From: an uncultured Clostridia bacterium
Lineage (GTDB): Bacteria > Bacillota > Clostridia > Lachnospirales > UBA5962
NCBI GenBank assembly: GCA_946481295.1
Contig: CAMLLW010000002.1
Span: 33,898-97,897, forward strand
Length of the DNA stretch: 64,000 nucleotides
Direction of reading: 5' to 3'
In this document: positions 8,428 to 18,653 of the stretch, in pieces
Layout of the letters: each line of letters opens with the position of its first letter
Position numbering within the stretch: the stretch's first letter is position 1
Program-made: the position numbers and the translations under genes
The notes under the pieces: model-generated
The model's database searches: none
Told to the model about the DNA's origin: nothing
What the model saw: the letters and a program-made list of their open reading frames with translations, nothing else

Positions 8428-10236
8428 TTATAAAATTCCAGAATCTTTTAATTCGAAAACATTTAAAGATTTTACATTTGGTGTTCTACCGTCTTCAGAT
8501 CTTGGTATTACTATTTTTTTATCTTTTACTAAGTTAAAAACTTTTTCTTTATATGTTTCATCTAAATCTGCACCAATGATTTTCCAATTTTGAGTTACTG
8601 TTGGTTCTAATGTTTTATCTTTTAATTCTTCTTGTACATATTTAATTATTAAAGCTCTTATTTCTGGACTATCACTATATACATTGCTAGAATCATAATA
8701 TATATCATCTAATGAAACAAGATTTAAACTAATTAATGTTCCTAATCTATAATTATTTATAGCAACTTTATAAGTTTTAGCTGGGTCTAAAGGTTCATCA
8801 TTTATAGTTACATTTTGGATTCTTTCACCAGAAGGTTTTGATATATCTATATCATAATCTATTCCATAAAACATATCATAATTATAATTACGTACTTCTG
8901 GATTAAAACTTACTGTAATATCGCCAGGTTTAAATGTATTATAGTAATTTGCTGACCATTCCATATATTTTTTTAAATTTTCTCCTGACATTTCTACACC
9001 TAATAATGTGTTATCAAATTTATAGATATTTGATGCATCTTTTACTTTAAAATCTCCTGCTTTTAAATTAGAATTTGAACTAAAAAGTGCTGCTGCAGAA
9101 ATATCAGCTTTTGTATAAAACATTTGTACTTTATTTATAAATTCAATTAATGCTGTTGGTTCTAATTGTGCTGTAGGCATTGTAGTTACTTTATCTTCAC
9201 CAGTAATATAATCTGGTCTTTTTATAAAATCTGCTCCTACTTTTCCTATAACTTTATTTATTTCTTTTAAAGCTTTTTCATGTTTATCTTTAAAGTTATC
9301 TAAAAAGTCTTGATCTGCTTCTACACCATCAGTTTTAATATTTTTTGTTTGAACATTTTTAACAGTCCAATTATCATCTTGTTTTTCTAATTTAATAGAT
9401 ATTTTAGCAACATTTGATCCTCTAGAACCAGGTTCTATTAATTTTACTCCATTTACTTCTAAATTATCAAAAGTATCATGTTCATGACCTACTAATATAG
9501 CTGAAAATTCTGGAAAATGTTCTGCAATAACTTTTACACCATCAGTTTCTTGATACTCTGTATTTTTTCCAATATGAAAAGCTCCAATTATAACATCTGC
9601 TTCACCTTTTAATTCTTTTAATACTTTTTCTGTACTAACTAAAGTATCTTCAAATTTTAAACCTTTAAAATGTTCTGGATTTGATGCTTCCCATCTTGGA
9701 ACATTAGGAGTTGTTAATCCAACAATGGCAACTTTTACACCATCAATATCATAAATACTATAAGGTTTTACAAAATAATCGTCATTTTCTTTTATTATAT
9801 TAGCAGATAATACATCACCATTAAATTCATTTATTTGTTTTCTTAAAAAATCTAAACCAAAATTAAATTCATGATTTCCTAAAACCCATGCATCATAATT
9901 TAAATAATTTAAACCTAAAATCATAGTGTGTACTGGATCATTATTAAAAATATAGGCCATATTATCTTGAACTGTATCACCATTATCTACTAATAATAAA
10001 TTAGGATTTAACTCTCTTTCCTTTTTAACTATTGTAGCAACTTTGGCTAACCCTTTATCATTTTCTTCTTTGTCTAAAGGATAATTATAGTTATAGAAAA
10101 ATCCATGTAAATCTGCCGTTCCCAAAATTGTAATTTCTTTTTGTTTTTTAACATTATCTGACGCGTATGTAGAAATATTACTAGTACTTACACTCACTAG
10201 AAAAAATGAGAAAACGGCTATAAAAAATTTTTTCAT
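8428..10236 (-). CDS. Secreted bifunctional metallophosphatase / 5'-nucleotidase family protein
   Basis: Signal peptide MKKFFIAVFSFFLVSVS. Metallophosphatase motifs GTADLHG, DNGD and GNHEF, plus a C-terminal 5'-nucleotidase domain. The start is taken at ATG 10236 (GGAGG RBS). Confidence 0.8.
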   Translation of the reverse strand: MKKFFIAVFSFFLVSVSTSNISTYASDNVKKQKEITILGTADLHGFFYNYNYPLDKEENDKGLAKVATIVKKERELNPNLLLVDNGDTVQDNMAYIFNNDPVHTMILGLNYLNYDAWVLGNHEFNFGLDFLRKQINEFNGDVLSANIIKENDDYFVKPYSIYDIDGVKVAIVGLTTPNVPRWEASNPEHFKGLKFEDTLVSTEKVLKELKGEADVIIGAFHIGKNTEYQETDGVKVIAEHFPEFSAILVGHEHDTFDNLEVNGVKLIEPGSRGSNVAKISIKLEKQDDNWTVKNVQTKNIKTDGVEADQDFLDNFKDKHEKALKEINKVIGKVGADFIKRPDYITGEDKVTTMPTAQLEPTALIEFINKVQMFYTKADISAAALFSSNSNLKAGDFKVKDASNIYKFDNTLLGVEMSGENLKKYMEWSANYYNTFKPGDITVSFNPEVRNYNYDMFYGIDYDIDISKPSGERIQNVTINDEPLDPAKTYKVAINNYRLGTLISLNLVSLDDIYYDSSNVYSDSPEIRALIIKYVQEELKDKTLEPTVTQNWKIIGADLDETYKEKVFNLVKDKKIVIPRSEDGRTPNVKSLNVFELKDSGIL

Positions 10237-10287
10237 TTGTATTCCTCCATTTATATTATTTGTAAATATATCGTCAAATAAGTTCAA

Positions 10288-10806
10288 TTATTTAAGATAA
10301 TCTTCTGCATCTGTATCATATAAAACTGAAAATTCTTTGGAATGACCGAATATATGCTCTATTTTTCCATTATCATCTTTTACTATAGCCCTAGTTACAA
10401 AATGAAATGACGTTCCATCTAATATCCATCCAATATTCTCTATATCAACATCTAGAAGATTTTTATTTTGCGTATGTTTTTGACTATAAATTTTTATACT
10501 TTTTATATACCCTGTATAAGGATTGTATATATATGAAAAATTAATTTCATGTGTTAGTGTTCCAAAACTTTCTGGCCAAACCATATGAACATATTCTTTA
10601 TAATCATTTATAGGTAATGGGTCACCTACAGGATTATTAATTACTTTCAAACCAGGAACATCTACAATAACTTTGCTCATGTCATATATATAACCAGCAT
10701 AACGCCAGTAAGTATCTGCATTAGCAGTTGTTGCCGCAAAAGCTTTATTAGTTATACTAATAGTTAAAACAAAGGCTAAAACACTAAATAAACTTTTTAA
10801 TTTCAT
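10288..10806 (-). CDS. Secreted protein of unknown function
   Basis: Signal peptide MKLKSLFSVLAFVLTISITNKAFA. No family recognised. Confidence 0.55.
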   Translation of the reverse strand: MKLKSLFSVLAFVLTISITNKAFAATTANADTYWRYAGYIYDMSKVIVDVPGLKVINNPVGDPLPINDYKEYVHMVWPESFGTLTHEINFSYIYNPYTGYIKSIKIYSQKHTQNKNLLDVDIENIGWILDGTSFHFVTRAIVKDDNGKIEHIFGHSKEFSVLYDTDAEDYLK

Positions 10807-10884
10807 AAAACATTCCTCCTAATAATCATTATTATATGTTCTATGAAAAAAAATTTCAATCTTATAAACTTAGTCAAAAAGTGG

Positions 10885-12153
10885 TTATATACCTTTTTTT
10901 ACAATTACTTTATCGCTTAATTCTAAAACTGAATAAATATTACTATTTTTTATAATATCTATAGAAAAATAATTTTCTCCATTTATATTAATATGCTTTT
11001 CTTTAGATAAATCTAAATCTTCTAAATGATTAGTTACGCTTTTTTCTGAAAAATAAGTTTTATTATCTATCTTATATGCTAAAAATGGAGATTTTATTAA
11101 TTGCTTTACAACTTCATCACCTGTTGTAAAATCTATATTTGATAAGTATTTATTATTAGAAATAGCGCTTTTATAAGAATCTAATATAACACTATTATCT
11201 GTAACAGAATAATTTTTTTTAATTTTATCATTATTACCTTGAATCTCATTAAAATCTATATAATTAATTGCTTTTATTCTAGGATAATATTCTGATATAT
11301 TTTGATAAATATTTTTTATTTCATCTTTTGATTCTAATGTTTTATAATTATAGTTTTGTGTAGAAAAATATGCTACTCCTAGTTGTGATATCATAATTGG
11401 CTTTCTCTTTTGATATTTATAATAAAAATAATCTAAATTATTAAAAATATCTTTTTGAGAATCTGCATCATCATTAAGATCTTTAAAAATATCTAATCCT
11501 ACCCAATCTACATATTCATCTCCAGGATAATACATATCTGAATCTAATACATCTTTTTCATTTAATGTCCATACAAAAGCTACATTAGATGCATACTTTT
11601 TAAAAACTTCTCTTACATATTTATAAAAATTAATATATTCTTCTGGAGTATACGCTTGATTATGTGGTTCTGGATATATGTGTATAAATATTGGAACATA
11701 AAATTCACCATACTTTTTAGCTATATTTTCTATATTATCTAATCTAAATGGCATTTTATCATTTGATCTATTTATTATTATATTTGGAATTTTCATTTCT
11801 GATATACAAGTTAAAATCCATTCTTCTGGAAATGGACTATCTATTTTAGTATAGTAAGTATATAGTGCATGCTTTTTTTCTGTTAATTCTTCAAACTTTT
11901 TGATATTGTTTTCAGAATAAGCACTATTTAATATATATGCTCCTAGATATATACCTTCTTTTGGCTCATATAAACTTAAATTATAATTATCTTCTTCAAT
12001 ATAAAATGAAATAGCTTTTTTATTTTCTGATGAAACTAAATTAACGTTTATACTTTCTTCATCATCTATAAAACTAGTATTATTACTGTTATTATCTTTA
12101 TTTTGACATCCTGTCATAAATAGAATTAAAATAAAAATACTAAAATATTTCAT
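10885..12153 (-). CDS. Lipoprotein, possibly with a GH26-like glycoside-hydrolase fold (function uncertain)
   Basis: Lipobox LFMTGC. YPGDEYVDWVGLDIF resembles the GH26 signature, but the expected nucleophile context reads ISQLG rather than ISE.G. Confidence 0.5.
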   Translation of the reverse strand: MKYFSIFILILFMTGCQNKDNNSNNTSFIDDEESINVNLVSSENKKAISFYIEEDNYNLSLYEPKEGIYLGAYILNSAYSENNIKKFEELTEKKHALYTYYTKIDSPFPEEWILTCISEMKIPNIIINRSNDKMPFRLDNIENIAKKYGEFYVPIFIHIYPEPHNQAYTPEEYINFYKYVREVFKKYASNVAFVWTLNEKDVLDSDMYYPGDEYVDWVGLDIFKDLNDDADSQKDIFNNLDYFYYKYQKRKPIMISQLGVAYFSTQNYNYKTLESKDEIKNIYQNISEYYPRIKAINYIDFNEIQGNNDKIKKNYSVTDNSVILDSYKSAISNNKYLSNIDFTTGDEVVKQLIKSPFLAYKIDNKTYFSEKSVTNHLEDLDLSKEKHININGENYFSIDIIKNSNIYSVLELSDKVIVKKGI

Positions 12154-12161
12154 AATACCTC

Positions 12162-12695
12162 CTAATATTTATTATTAATAAGAAATATATTTAAAGTTTC
12201 TAAATAATGAATATAATATTTATTTTTACTTTTAACTAATAATTTTTTATCAAAACTATCATATGAAATACTCTTTTTGCCGCCATTTTGAGCAATATTC
12301 CATTTTTCTTTAAGACTTTCAAATGGATAATAAAAATACTCACAATATTTTGCAAAATTAACAAGTAAAAATGCAATTCCCCCCTGTTTTTCAAATTGCT
12401 CCATAAAATCTATCTGATGTGGATGAATATTTTGCATTGGTAAAAAAGTTCTATTTGTTTCTTTAGCATCAAAACAAATCGGAATTCCCTGTACAACTCC
12501 CATATAATCAACAGTACTTTTTTGTTCAAAATATCCTAATGTTATTTGTCCAACATTATTAATTTTTACAGGTTTTATAGGTGTTGGTATCTTTTGTATA
12601 ATTGCCAAGTTTTCTTCTCTATATACCTTATTAGTCATATTTATCATTTCTTCAAAACTACTTCCTCGTAAACCTCTAGAATTCCAATATCCCAT
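12162..12695 (-). CDS. recU: Holliday junction resolvase RecU
   Basis: RGSSFEEMINMTN...STVDYMGVVQGIPICFDAKET...HQIDFM, 177 aa. Confidence 0.9.
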   Translation of the reverse strand: MGYWNSRGLRGSSFEEMINMTNKVYREENLAIIQKIPTPIKPVKINNVGQITLGYFEQKSTVDYMGVVQGIPICFDAKETNRTFLPMQNIHPHQIDFMEQFEKQGGIAFLLVNFAKYCEYFYYPFESLKEKWNIAQNGGKKSISYDSFDKKLLVKSKNKYYIHYLETLNIFLINNKY

Positions 12696-12737
12696 TTTTT
12701 ATCTCCCAAAAAAATAAAAGCTCAAATTTTTAAGCTT

Positions 12738-13367
12738 TTATATATATTTATTTATTATAGTATCATAAATTTTATCTGCATTTAAAATAACTTCTTTTAA
12801 AACATTTTCACCTTTTGATCTGTATTTAATATTAAATTCTTTATCTTTTATTAAATTTATATTTACTAATACATTTAACCAAGCTTCTTTTGCACATGCT
12901 TTTAAATTTATAGCAGAACTTGCAACATCAGTTAATGCATTTTTATTAAAATTAGATAATGATTTTTCTGTAATATTAATCGCTTCTAAAGAAGTTTCCA
13001 TAATATTATATGGAACTATAGTAGCTTCTTTTAAAGCGAGCTGTACACTTTCATTTCTTAATTTTATTTCATCTAATGTATTTTTAGGCATTTTATATGC
13101 ATCTGAGACTTTTTTATATGCTTTAATATCTTCAAAACAAAGATTTATAAATTTTTGCTGTAGATCATATCCTTTTTTTAAAGAAGTAGCAGCAATTTCA
13201 TGACTAGACAAGTACTTATTATTATTTATAGTTAAACTTGATACCATATTATTTAAAGATATTCCTAATGCTCCTATAATTGCAGATGTAGACCCACCTC
13301 CTGGCACAGGATCCTTAGATGATAATTTTTCTAAAAATTCTTGAATAGTCATTTCACTAATGTACAT
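12738..13367 (-). CDS. Cyclodeaminase/cyclohydrolase family protein (FTCD C-terminal domain-like, FchA-like)
   Basis: KDPVPGGGSTSAIIGALGISL motif, about 209 aa, all-helical. Confidence 0.75.
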   Translation of the reverse strand: MYISEMTIQEFLEKLSSKDPVPGGGSTSAIIGALGISLNNMVSSLTINNNKYLSSHEIAATSLKKGYDLQQKFINLCFEDIKAYKKVSDAYKMPKNTLDEIKLRNESVQLALKEATIVPYNIMETSLEAINITEKSLSNFNKNALTDVASSAINLKACAKEAWLNVLVNINLIKDKEFNIKYRSKGENVLKEVILNADKIYDTIINKYI

Positions 13368-13392
13368 TTACTTTCTCCTTTGTAGAATAACT

Positions 13393-14325
13393 TTATTTTA
13401 ATTTTTCTTTTTTATTTATTAATATTATACCTATGCTTACTAACACTATAGATATAAAAACATTAATATTTAAATTATTTTCATGCAATATTATAAATGA
13501 TAATAGTACACCAAATAGTGGTACTGAAAATTTATAAACACTAATTTTTGAAACATCATTAAATTTTAATAAAATAGACCATATTGAAAAAGCTGCAGCT
13601 GAAATAAAAGCCATATATAAAATCATTAAAAAGCCTACACTACTAAAATTAAATATTTTTCCATTAGTTCCTATTAAACCTACAATAGTAAGAACAGCTC
13701 CACCTATTGCAAGTTGATATCCAGAAATAGCAAATGGTTTTATATCTTTAGATATATTTTTTGTATATATAGATGCAAATGCACTAGCTACTGATGAAAT
13801 AATAAGCAATCCTTCACCATTTAAAGAAAATGTACTTTCTTTTAAACCTTTAATATTTAAGATTATAACACCTAATAATCCAATAATTAGTCCAATAAAT
13901 TTTGTTTTAGTAATTTTATCATTTTTACATAAAAAATGTGCTGCAATAACAGTAAAAAAAGTACCTAAAGATGATATTATAGAGCCACTTGTACCACTAA
14001 TATGAGACATCCCTATATAAAAAAAGAAATATTGTATAGATGTTTGTAAAATACCTAAAAAACTTAATTTTCTAAATTGTCTTAAATTTATTTTTAAAGG
14101 ATATTTTAAAAATACACATACTACCATTACCATAATTCCAGCTAATAAAAATCTTATCCCTGCAAATAAAATTTTTTCATAAGTATCATTTTGTCCTATA
14201 TTAAAAACTCTATATCCAAGTTTTATAAATGGAAAAGCACTTCCCCATAAAAAACAACTTATAATTGATAATAAAATTACATTTTGAGGTTTTGTTAAAA
14301 TACTTTTTGTATTATTTTGTAACAT
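13393..14325 (-). CDS. DMT-superfamily (EamA) transporter
   Basis: Ten predicted TM helices in two EamA-like halves. The start is taken at ATG 14325 (AGGAGAG RBS). Confidence 0.8.
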   Translation of the reverse strand: MLQNNTKSILTKPQNVILLSIISCFLWGSAFPFIKLGYRVFNIGQNDTYEKILFAGIRFLLAGIMVMVVCVFLKYPLKINLRQFRKLSFLGILQTSIQYFFFYIGMSHISGTSGSIISSLGTFFTVIAAHFLCKNDKITKTKFIGLIIGLLGVIILNIKGLKESTFSLNGEGLLIISSVASAFASIYTKNISKDIKPFAISGYQLAIGGAVLTIVGLIGTNGKIFNFSSVGFLMILYMAFISAAAFSIWSILLKFNDVSKISVYKFSVPLFGVLLSFIILHENNLNINVFISIVLVSIGIILINKKEKLK

Positions 14326-14543
14326 ATAACTCTCCTGTTCTAATTTTTTCCCAAATTCATAACTTGTAATATAAATATTGTATAGAAATACTATCATAAA
14401 AGATAATTCTATTCAATATTTTAATTTTTTACTAAATATCACTTAATATTAGCTATGTATCTTTATATTATAGTAGTATTTTGTTGCAATTCATAATATT
14501 TACTGATAATATTAAATAAAAAATAAAAATAAGGAGTTGTTTT

Positions 14544-15347
14544 ATGTATAAATTAGTAGCTGTTGACCTTGATGGTACACTTTTAACAAGTTCTAGACAA
14601 TTATCAGATGAAACTATAGATGCTGTAAAATATGCAAAATCTAAAGGAGTAAAAATTGTTTTATGTACAGGTAGACCTCTTATTGGAATTAAAGATTTAT
14701 TAAAGAAATTAAATTTAGAAGATCCTGGAGATTATGCAATAACATTTAATGGTGCATTAATACAAGACATATCTAAAAATGAAGCTATTTATCATGTATT
14801 TTTAGATAAAAATGATATTAAAAACATATATATTTTTTCTTTATTAAATAATTTACATATGCACTTTTATGATACAAATACTTTATATACTCCTAATACA
14901 AATATTAGCAAATGGACAATTTCTGAAGCTTTTAATTGTAATATTCCAATTCAATATACTAATATAGAAGATATTGGTGAAAATTTCTTTTGTTCAAAAG
15001 CTATGATAATTGATGACCCGGAAAAACTAGATATTAATGAAAATAAAATTAAATCTAATTTTGGAGATAATTACACAGTAATAAGAAGTTCGCCTCATTT
15101 TTATGAGATTTTAAATAAACAAACTGATAAAGCACAAGGATTAAATAAATTAGCAAACTATTTAAATTTAAAACAAGAAGAAATAATAGCAATAGGTGAT
15201 CATGAAAATGATTTATCTATGATAAAATATGCTGGACTTGGTGTTGCAATGGGCAATGCTTTAGATTCAGTAAAAGAAATTGCTGATGAAATTACATTAT
15301 CAAATGATGAAAATGGAGTCGCATATATTATAAAAAAATATATATAA
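14544..15347 (+). CDS. Cof-type HAD-IIB sugar phosphatase
   Basis: VDLDGTLL, CTGRP, GDHENDLSM, GVAMGNA. Confidence 0.85.
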   Translation: MYKLVAVDLDGTLLTSSRQLSDETIDAVKYAKSKGVKIVLCTGRPLIGIKDLLKKLNLEDPGDYAITFNGALIQDISKNEAIYHVFLDKNDIKNIYIFSLLNNLHMHFYDTNTLYTPNTNISKWTISEAFNCNIPIQYTNIEDIGENFFCSKAMIIDDPEKLDINENKIKSNFGDNYTVIRSSPHFYEILNKQTDKAQGLNKLANYLNLKQEEIIAIGDHENDLSMIKYAGLGVAMGNALDSVKEIADEITLSNDENGVAYIIKKYI

Positions 15348-15380
15348 TAATTAAAGTTAATTATAAAAAGGAGGAAGTTA

Positions 15381-16196
15381 ATGTATAAACTTATTGCTAC
15401 AGATATGGATGGAACATTGTTAAATAGCCAGTCTACTATACCAGAAAAAAATATAGAGGCTATAAAACTTGCAAAAAGAAAAGGAGCAAAAGTTATATTA
15501 TGTACTGGTAGACCTATAACAGGTGTAAGAGATTTTGCAAAAATATTAGGTTTAACAGACAAAGGTGATTATGCAATTACTCAAAATGGGGCTATAATTT
15601 ATGATTCTTTTACAAATAAAATTATAAGTTCAAATTTACTTTCAAAAAAAGATATTTTAAATTTTTATAAATTTAGTCAAAATAATAATTTAGAATTGCA
15701 TTTTTGTTATAATAATAAACTTATAACTCCTGCCAAAGAAATAAGTTTTCACACTATACAAGAAGCTTACTTATGTAACATAGCAATATCTGTTATTGAT
15801 AATATAGAAGATATTTCTAATGATATATGCCCATCTAATATAACATTAGTAGTAGAAAATGAAAAAACAATTATAGATCTAATACAAGAAGCTAAAGCTT
15901 TATTTGGAAATGATTATTCTATAGTTCATAGTTCAAATAACTCTATAGAAATTTCTAATAAAAATGCAAATAAAGGTAATGCCGTTAAATATATTGCCGA
16001 GAAAATTTTTAACATAAAAAGAGAAGAAATAATAACTATAGGCGACCAAAATAATGATTTAACTATGATAGAATATGCTGGATTAGGAGTAGCAATGGGA
16101 AATGCCATAGATTCTATAAAAGAAATATCTAATGAAATTACTTTAACAAATGATGAAAGTGGATTAGCACATATTATAGAAAAATATATTTTATAA
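15381..16196 (+). CDS. Cof-type HAD-IIB sugar phosphatase (tandem paralog)
   Basis: TDMDGTLL, CTGRP, GDQNNDLTM, GVAMGNA. Confidence 0.85.
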   Translation: MYKLIATDMDGTLLNSQSTIPEKNIEAIKLAKRKGAKVILCTGRPITGVRDFAKILGLTDKGDYAITQNGAIIYDSFTNKIISSNLLSKKDILNFYKFSQNNNLELHFCYNNKLITPAKEISFHTIQEAYLCNIAISVIDNIEDISNDICPSNITLVVENEKTIIDLIQEAKALFGNDYSIVHSSNNSIEISNKNANKGNAVKYIAEKIFNIKREEIITIGDQNNDLTMIEYAGLGVAMGNAIDSIKEISNEITLTNDESGLAHIIEKYIL

Positions 16197-16200
16197 TTAT

Positions 16201-16241
16201 AAAAATAGCACTTTAGCTTTTAAAATTTTAGTGCTATTTTT
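16201..16241. terminator. Putative bidirectional terminator
   Basis: ATAGCAC-loop-GTGCTAT flanked by A and T runs, between convergent genes. Confidence 0.45.
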
Positions 16242-16262
16242 ATAACACTAAAATCTAATTTA

Positions 16263-16928
16263 TTATACTTCAATTTTATAACCTACATTCCTTATAGTTT
16301 TTATTATACTTCCAGAGTCCTTTAATTTTTTTCTTAAAGTTTTTATATGCATATCTACTGTTCTACTTTCTCCACTAAATTCAAATCCCCATATAGTTTC
16401 TACTATTTTATCTCTGGAAAGAACATATCCTTTATTATTTGCTAAAAATATTAAAAGCTCAAATTCTTTATATGTAAGTATAATATCTTCATCACCTACA
16501 AGAACTTTTCTTCTATTTAAATCTATAGTTATATCTTTTATTTTTATTATATCATTTTTATCTTTTTCGCATCTTCTTAATACAGCTTTTACTCTAGATA
16601 CTAATTCTAATACAGAAAATGGTTTTGTTATATAGTCGTCAGCACCTGTATCTAAAGCTTTAATTTTATCCATTTCATTACCTTTTGCTGAAACAATTAT
16701 TACAGGAATTTTTTTATAATCAGAATTAATTTTTTTTAAAATTGATATACCATCTTCTCCAGGAAGCATAATATCTAAAATTATTAAACTAGGAATTTCT
16801 TTATTTAATTCATCATATAATTTATCTGCGCTATCCATTGATTTAACATTAAAACCTGAAGACGTTAAAGCATAACTTATAAGTTCTCTAATGCTATCAT
16901 CGTCTTCTACAATAATTACTTCAGACAT
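16263..16928 (-). CDS. OmpR/PhoB-family response regulator (no adjacent histidine kinase)
   Basis: Receiver domain (IIVEDD, LIILDIMLPGEDG, SAKG) plus a winged helix (RTVDMHIKTLRKKL). The start is taken at ATG 16928. Confidence 0.85.
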   Translation of the reverse strand: MSEVIIVEDDDSIRELISYALTSSGFNVKSMDSADKLYDELNKEIPSLIILDIMLPGEDGISILKKINSDYKKIPVIIVSAKGNEMDKIKALDTGADDYITKPFSVLELVSRVKAVLRRCEKDKNDIIKIKDITIDLNRRKVLVGDEDIILTYKEFELLIFLANNKGYVLSRDKIVETIWGFEFSGESRTVDMHIKTLRKKLKDSGSIIKTIRNVGYKIEV

Positions 16929-17074
16929 AAATAACACCACCTAAATTTGTACATAATAATTTAATATATATTTTATCATAAATTTTAATTATGTACACTT
17001 TTAAAATTTACAAATTATTTTTTTAAGTGTAAAATTTAAATATATTATATTACATTATAAAAGGAGGCAATAAA

Positions 17075-17830
17075 TTGATAGCTTTAGTAACCGGTGCAAG
17101 TTCAGGAATAGGTAAAGATATGGCAAAAATTTTAAGTAACATGGGATATGACTTGATCTTAGTTGCTAGAAGGAAAGAACGTTTAGAAGAATTAAAATCT
17201 AAATTAAATACAAATGTAGAAATTATTTGTGCAGATCTTTCAAAAAAAGAAGAATGTATTTCTTTATATGAATTAGTTAAAGATAAAGATATAAATATTT
17301 TAATAAATAATGCAGGATTTGGAGTATATGGTCCATTTCATAAAACAGATTTAAATACAGAATTACAACTAATAAAAACTAATATCTGTGCTGTTCATAT
17401 ATTAACAAAATTATTTTTGAAAGATTTTAGAAATAAAAATAAGGGTTATATACTTAATGTTTCATCAATGGCAGGTATTATGCCTGGTGGTCCACTTATG
17501 GCAACTTATTATGCATCAAAAGCTTATGTATTAAATCTTACTCGCGGAATTTATCAAGAATTAAAACATGAAAATTCCAATGTATATATTGGTGCATTAT
17601 GTCCAGGACCTGTAAATACAGAATTTAATAAAGTTTCTCATGCTCACTTTAATGTAAAGAGTCTTTCTAGCATGGAAGTTGCAAGATGTGGAATAAAAGG
17701 TATGTTACAAAGAAATCCTGTAATAGTACCGGGAAAAAATTCTAAGTTAATTTCAAAAATAGTTAAATTTATACCTAATAATGTACTTTTAAATGCTACA
17801 TTTAAACTTCAAGAAAAAAAACAAATTTAA
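17075..17830 (+). CDS. SDR-family oxidoreductase
   Basis: TGASSGIGK, NNAG, YYASK. TTG start after AAGGAGG. Confidence 0.85.
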   Translation: MIALVTGASSGIGKDMAKILSNMGYDLILVARRKERLEELKSKLNTNVEIICADLSKKEECISLYELVKDKDINILINNAGFGVYGPFHKTDLNTELQLIKTNICAVHILTKLFLKDFRNKNKGYILNVSSMAGIMPGGPLMATYYASKAYVLNLTRGIYQELKHENSNVYIGALCPGPVNTEFNKVSHAHFNVKSLSSMEVARCGIKGMLQRNPVIVPGKNSKLISKIVKFIPNNVLLNATFKLQEKKQI

Positions 17831-17849
17831 ATTTTACTATATAAATTAA

Positions 17850-17878
17850 TTGAAATACTTAGTAAAATAATATATTAT
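17850..17878 (+). promoter_or_regulatory. Putative sigma-A promoter of nitroreductase paralog 1
   Basis: TTGAAA-17 nt-TATTAT. The 22 nt TACTATATAAATTAATTGAAAT are identical upstream of paralog 2. Confidence 0.4.
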
Positions 17879-17911
17879 ATATACATTAATTTACGAGAAG
17901 AGGTAATAAAA

Positions 17912-18490
17912 ATGAATCAAGTACTTGAAAATATTTTATCTAGAAGAAGTGTTAGAGATTATAAACCAGAACAAATTCCAAAAGAATCTCTTGAACAAAT
18001 TTTATTAGCTGGAAGATACGCTGCTAGTGGTTGGAACAAACAACTTTGGAAATTTGTTGCTATTCAAGATAGAACAGTTTTAGATTCAGTAGATAGAGCT
18101 TTAAAACAAAGTATTCTCAATGTTGATTCAAAAGGTATTGGAGATTATTATTTAAAATCTCTACAAAGAATGGCAAAAAGTGATTATGATTTATTTTATG
18201 GAGCACCAACATTAGTTATTATTGCTGATACACCAAATAACGACGTTGCTAGAGAAGATTGTGCTTTAGCTGCAGGAAATATGATGCTTATGGCTACAGA
18301 ATTAAATATCGGTAGCTGCTGGTTAAATCAATTAGTTAATTTCTCAAAAGCTCCAGAAGTAAGAGCTTTATTTAGCAAATTAGGAATACCAGAAAATTAT
18401 GAAATATATTCTTCAGTAGCACTAGGATATGCTACTAGAGATTTTAAAAAAATAGCTCATAGAAAAGACGATGTTGCAACTATAATATAA
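17912..18490 (+). CDS. Nitroreductase-family protein, paralog 1
   Basis: RRSVRDYK, LLAGRYAASGWNKQ, GSCWL, 192 aa. Confidence 0.85.
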   Translation: MNQVLENILSRRSVRDYKPEQIPKESLEQILLAGRYAASGWNKQLWKFVAIQDRTVLDSVDRALKQSILNVDSKGIGDYYLKSLQRMAKSDYDLFYGAPTLVIIADTPNNDVAREDCALAAGNMMLMATELNIGSCWLNQLVNFSKAPEVRALFSKLGIPENYEIYSSVALGYATRDFKKIAHRKDDVATII

Positions 18491-18509
18491 AATTAATTAT
18501 TTTTTATTT

Positions 18510-18540
18510 GTGCTACAGTTTTAACTGTAGCACTTTTTTA
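18510..18540 (+). terminator. Intrinsic terminator after paralog 1
   Basis: GTGCTACAGTT-TTA-AACTGTAGCAC followed by TTTTTT. It is near-identical to the hairpin at 20039..20067. Confidence 0.7.
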
Positions 18541-18585
18541 TTTTTAAATAGTATATAAATTAAGCTATATTACTATATAAATTAA

Positions 18586-18614
18586 TTGAAATCATAAAAA
18601 AACTAATATATACT
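18586..18614 (+). promoter_or_regulatory. Putative sigma-A promoter of nitroreductase paralog 2
   Basis: TTGAAA-17 nt-TATACT. Confidence 0.4.
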
Positions 18615-18653
18615 ATACATAAATATTTTATCTATATAAGGAGATTATAAATT

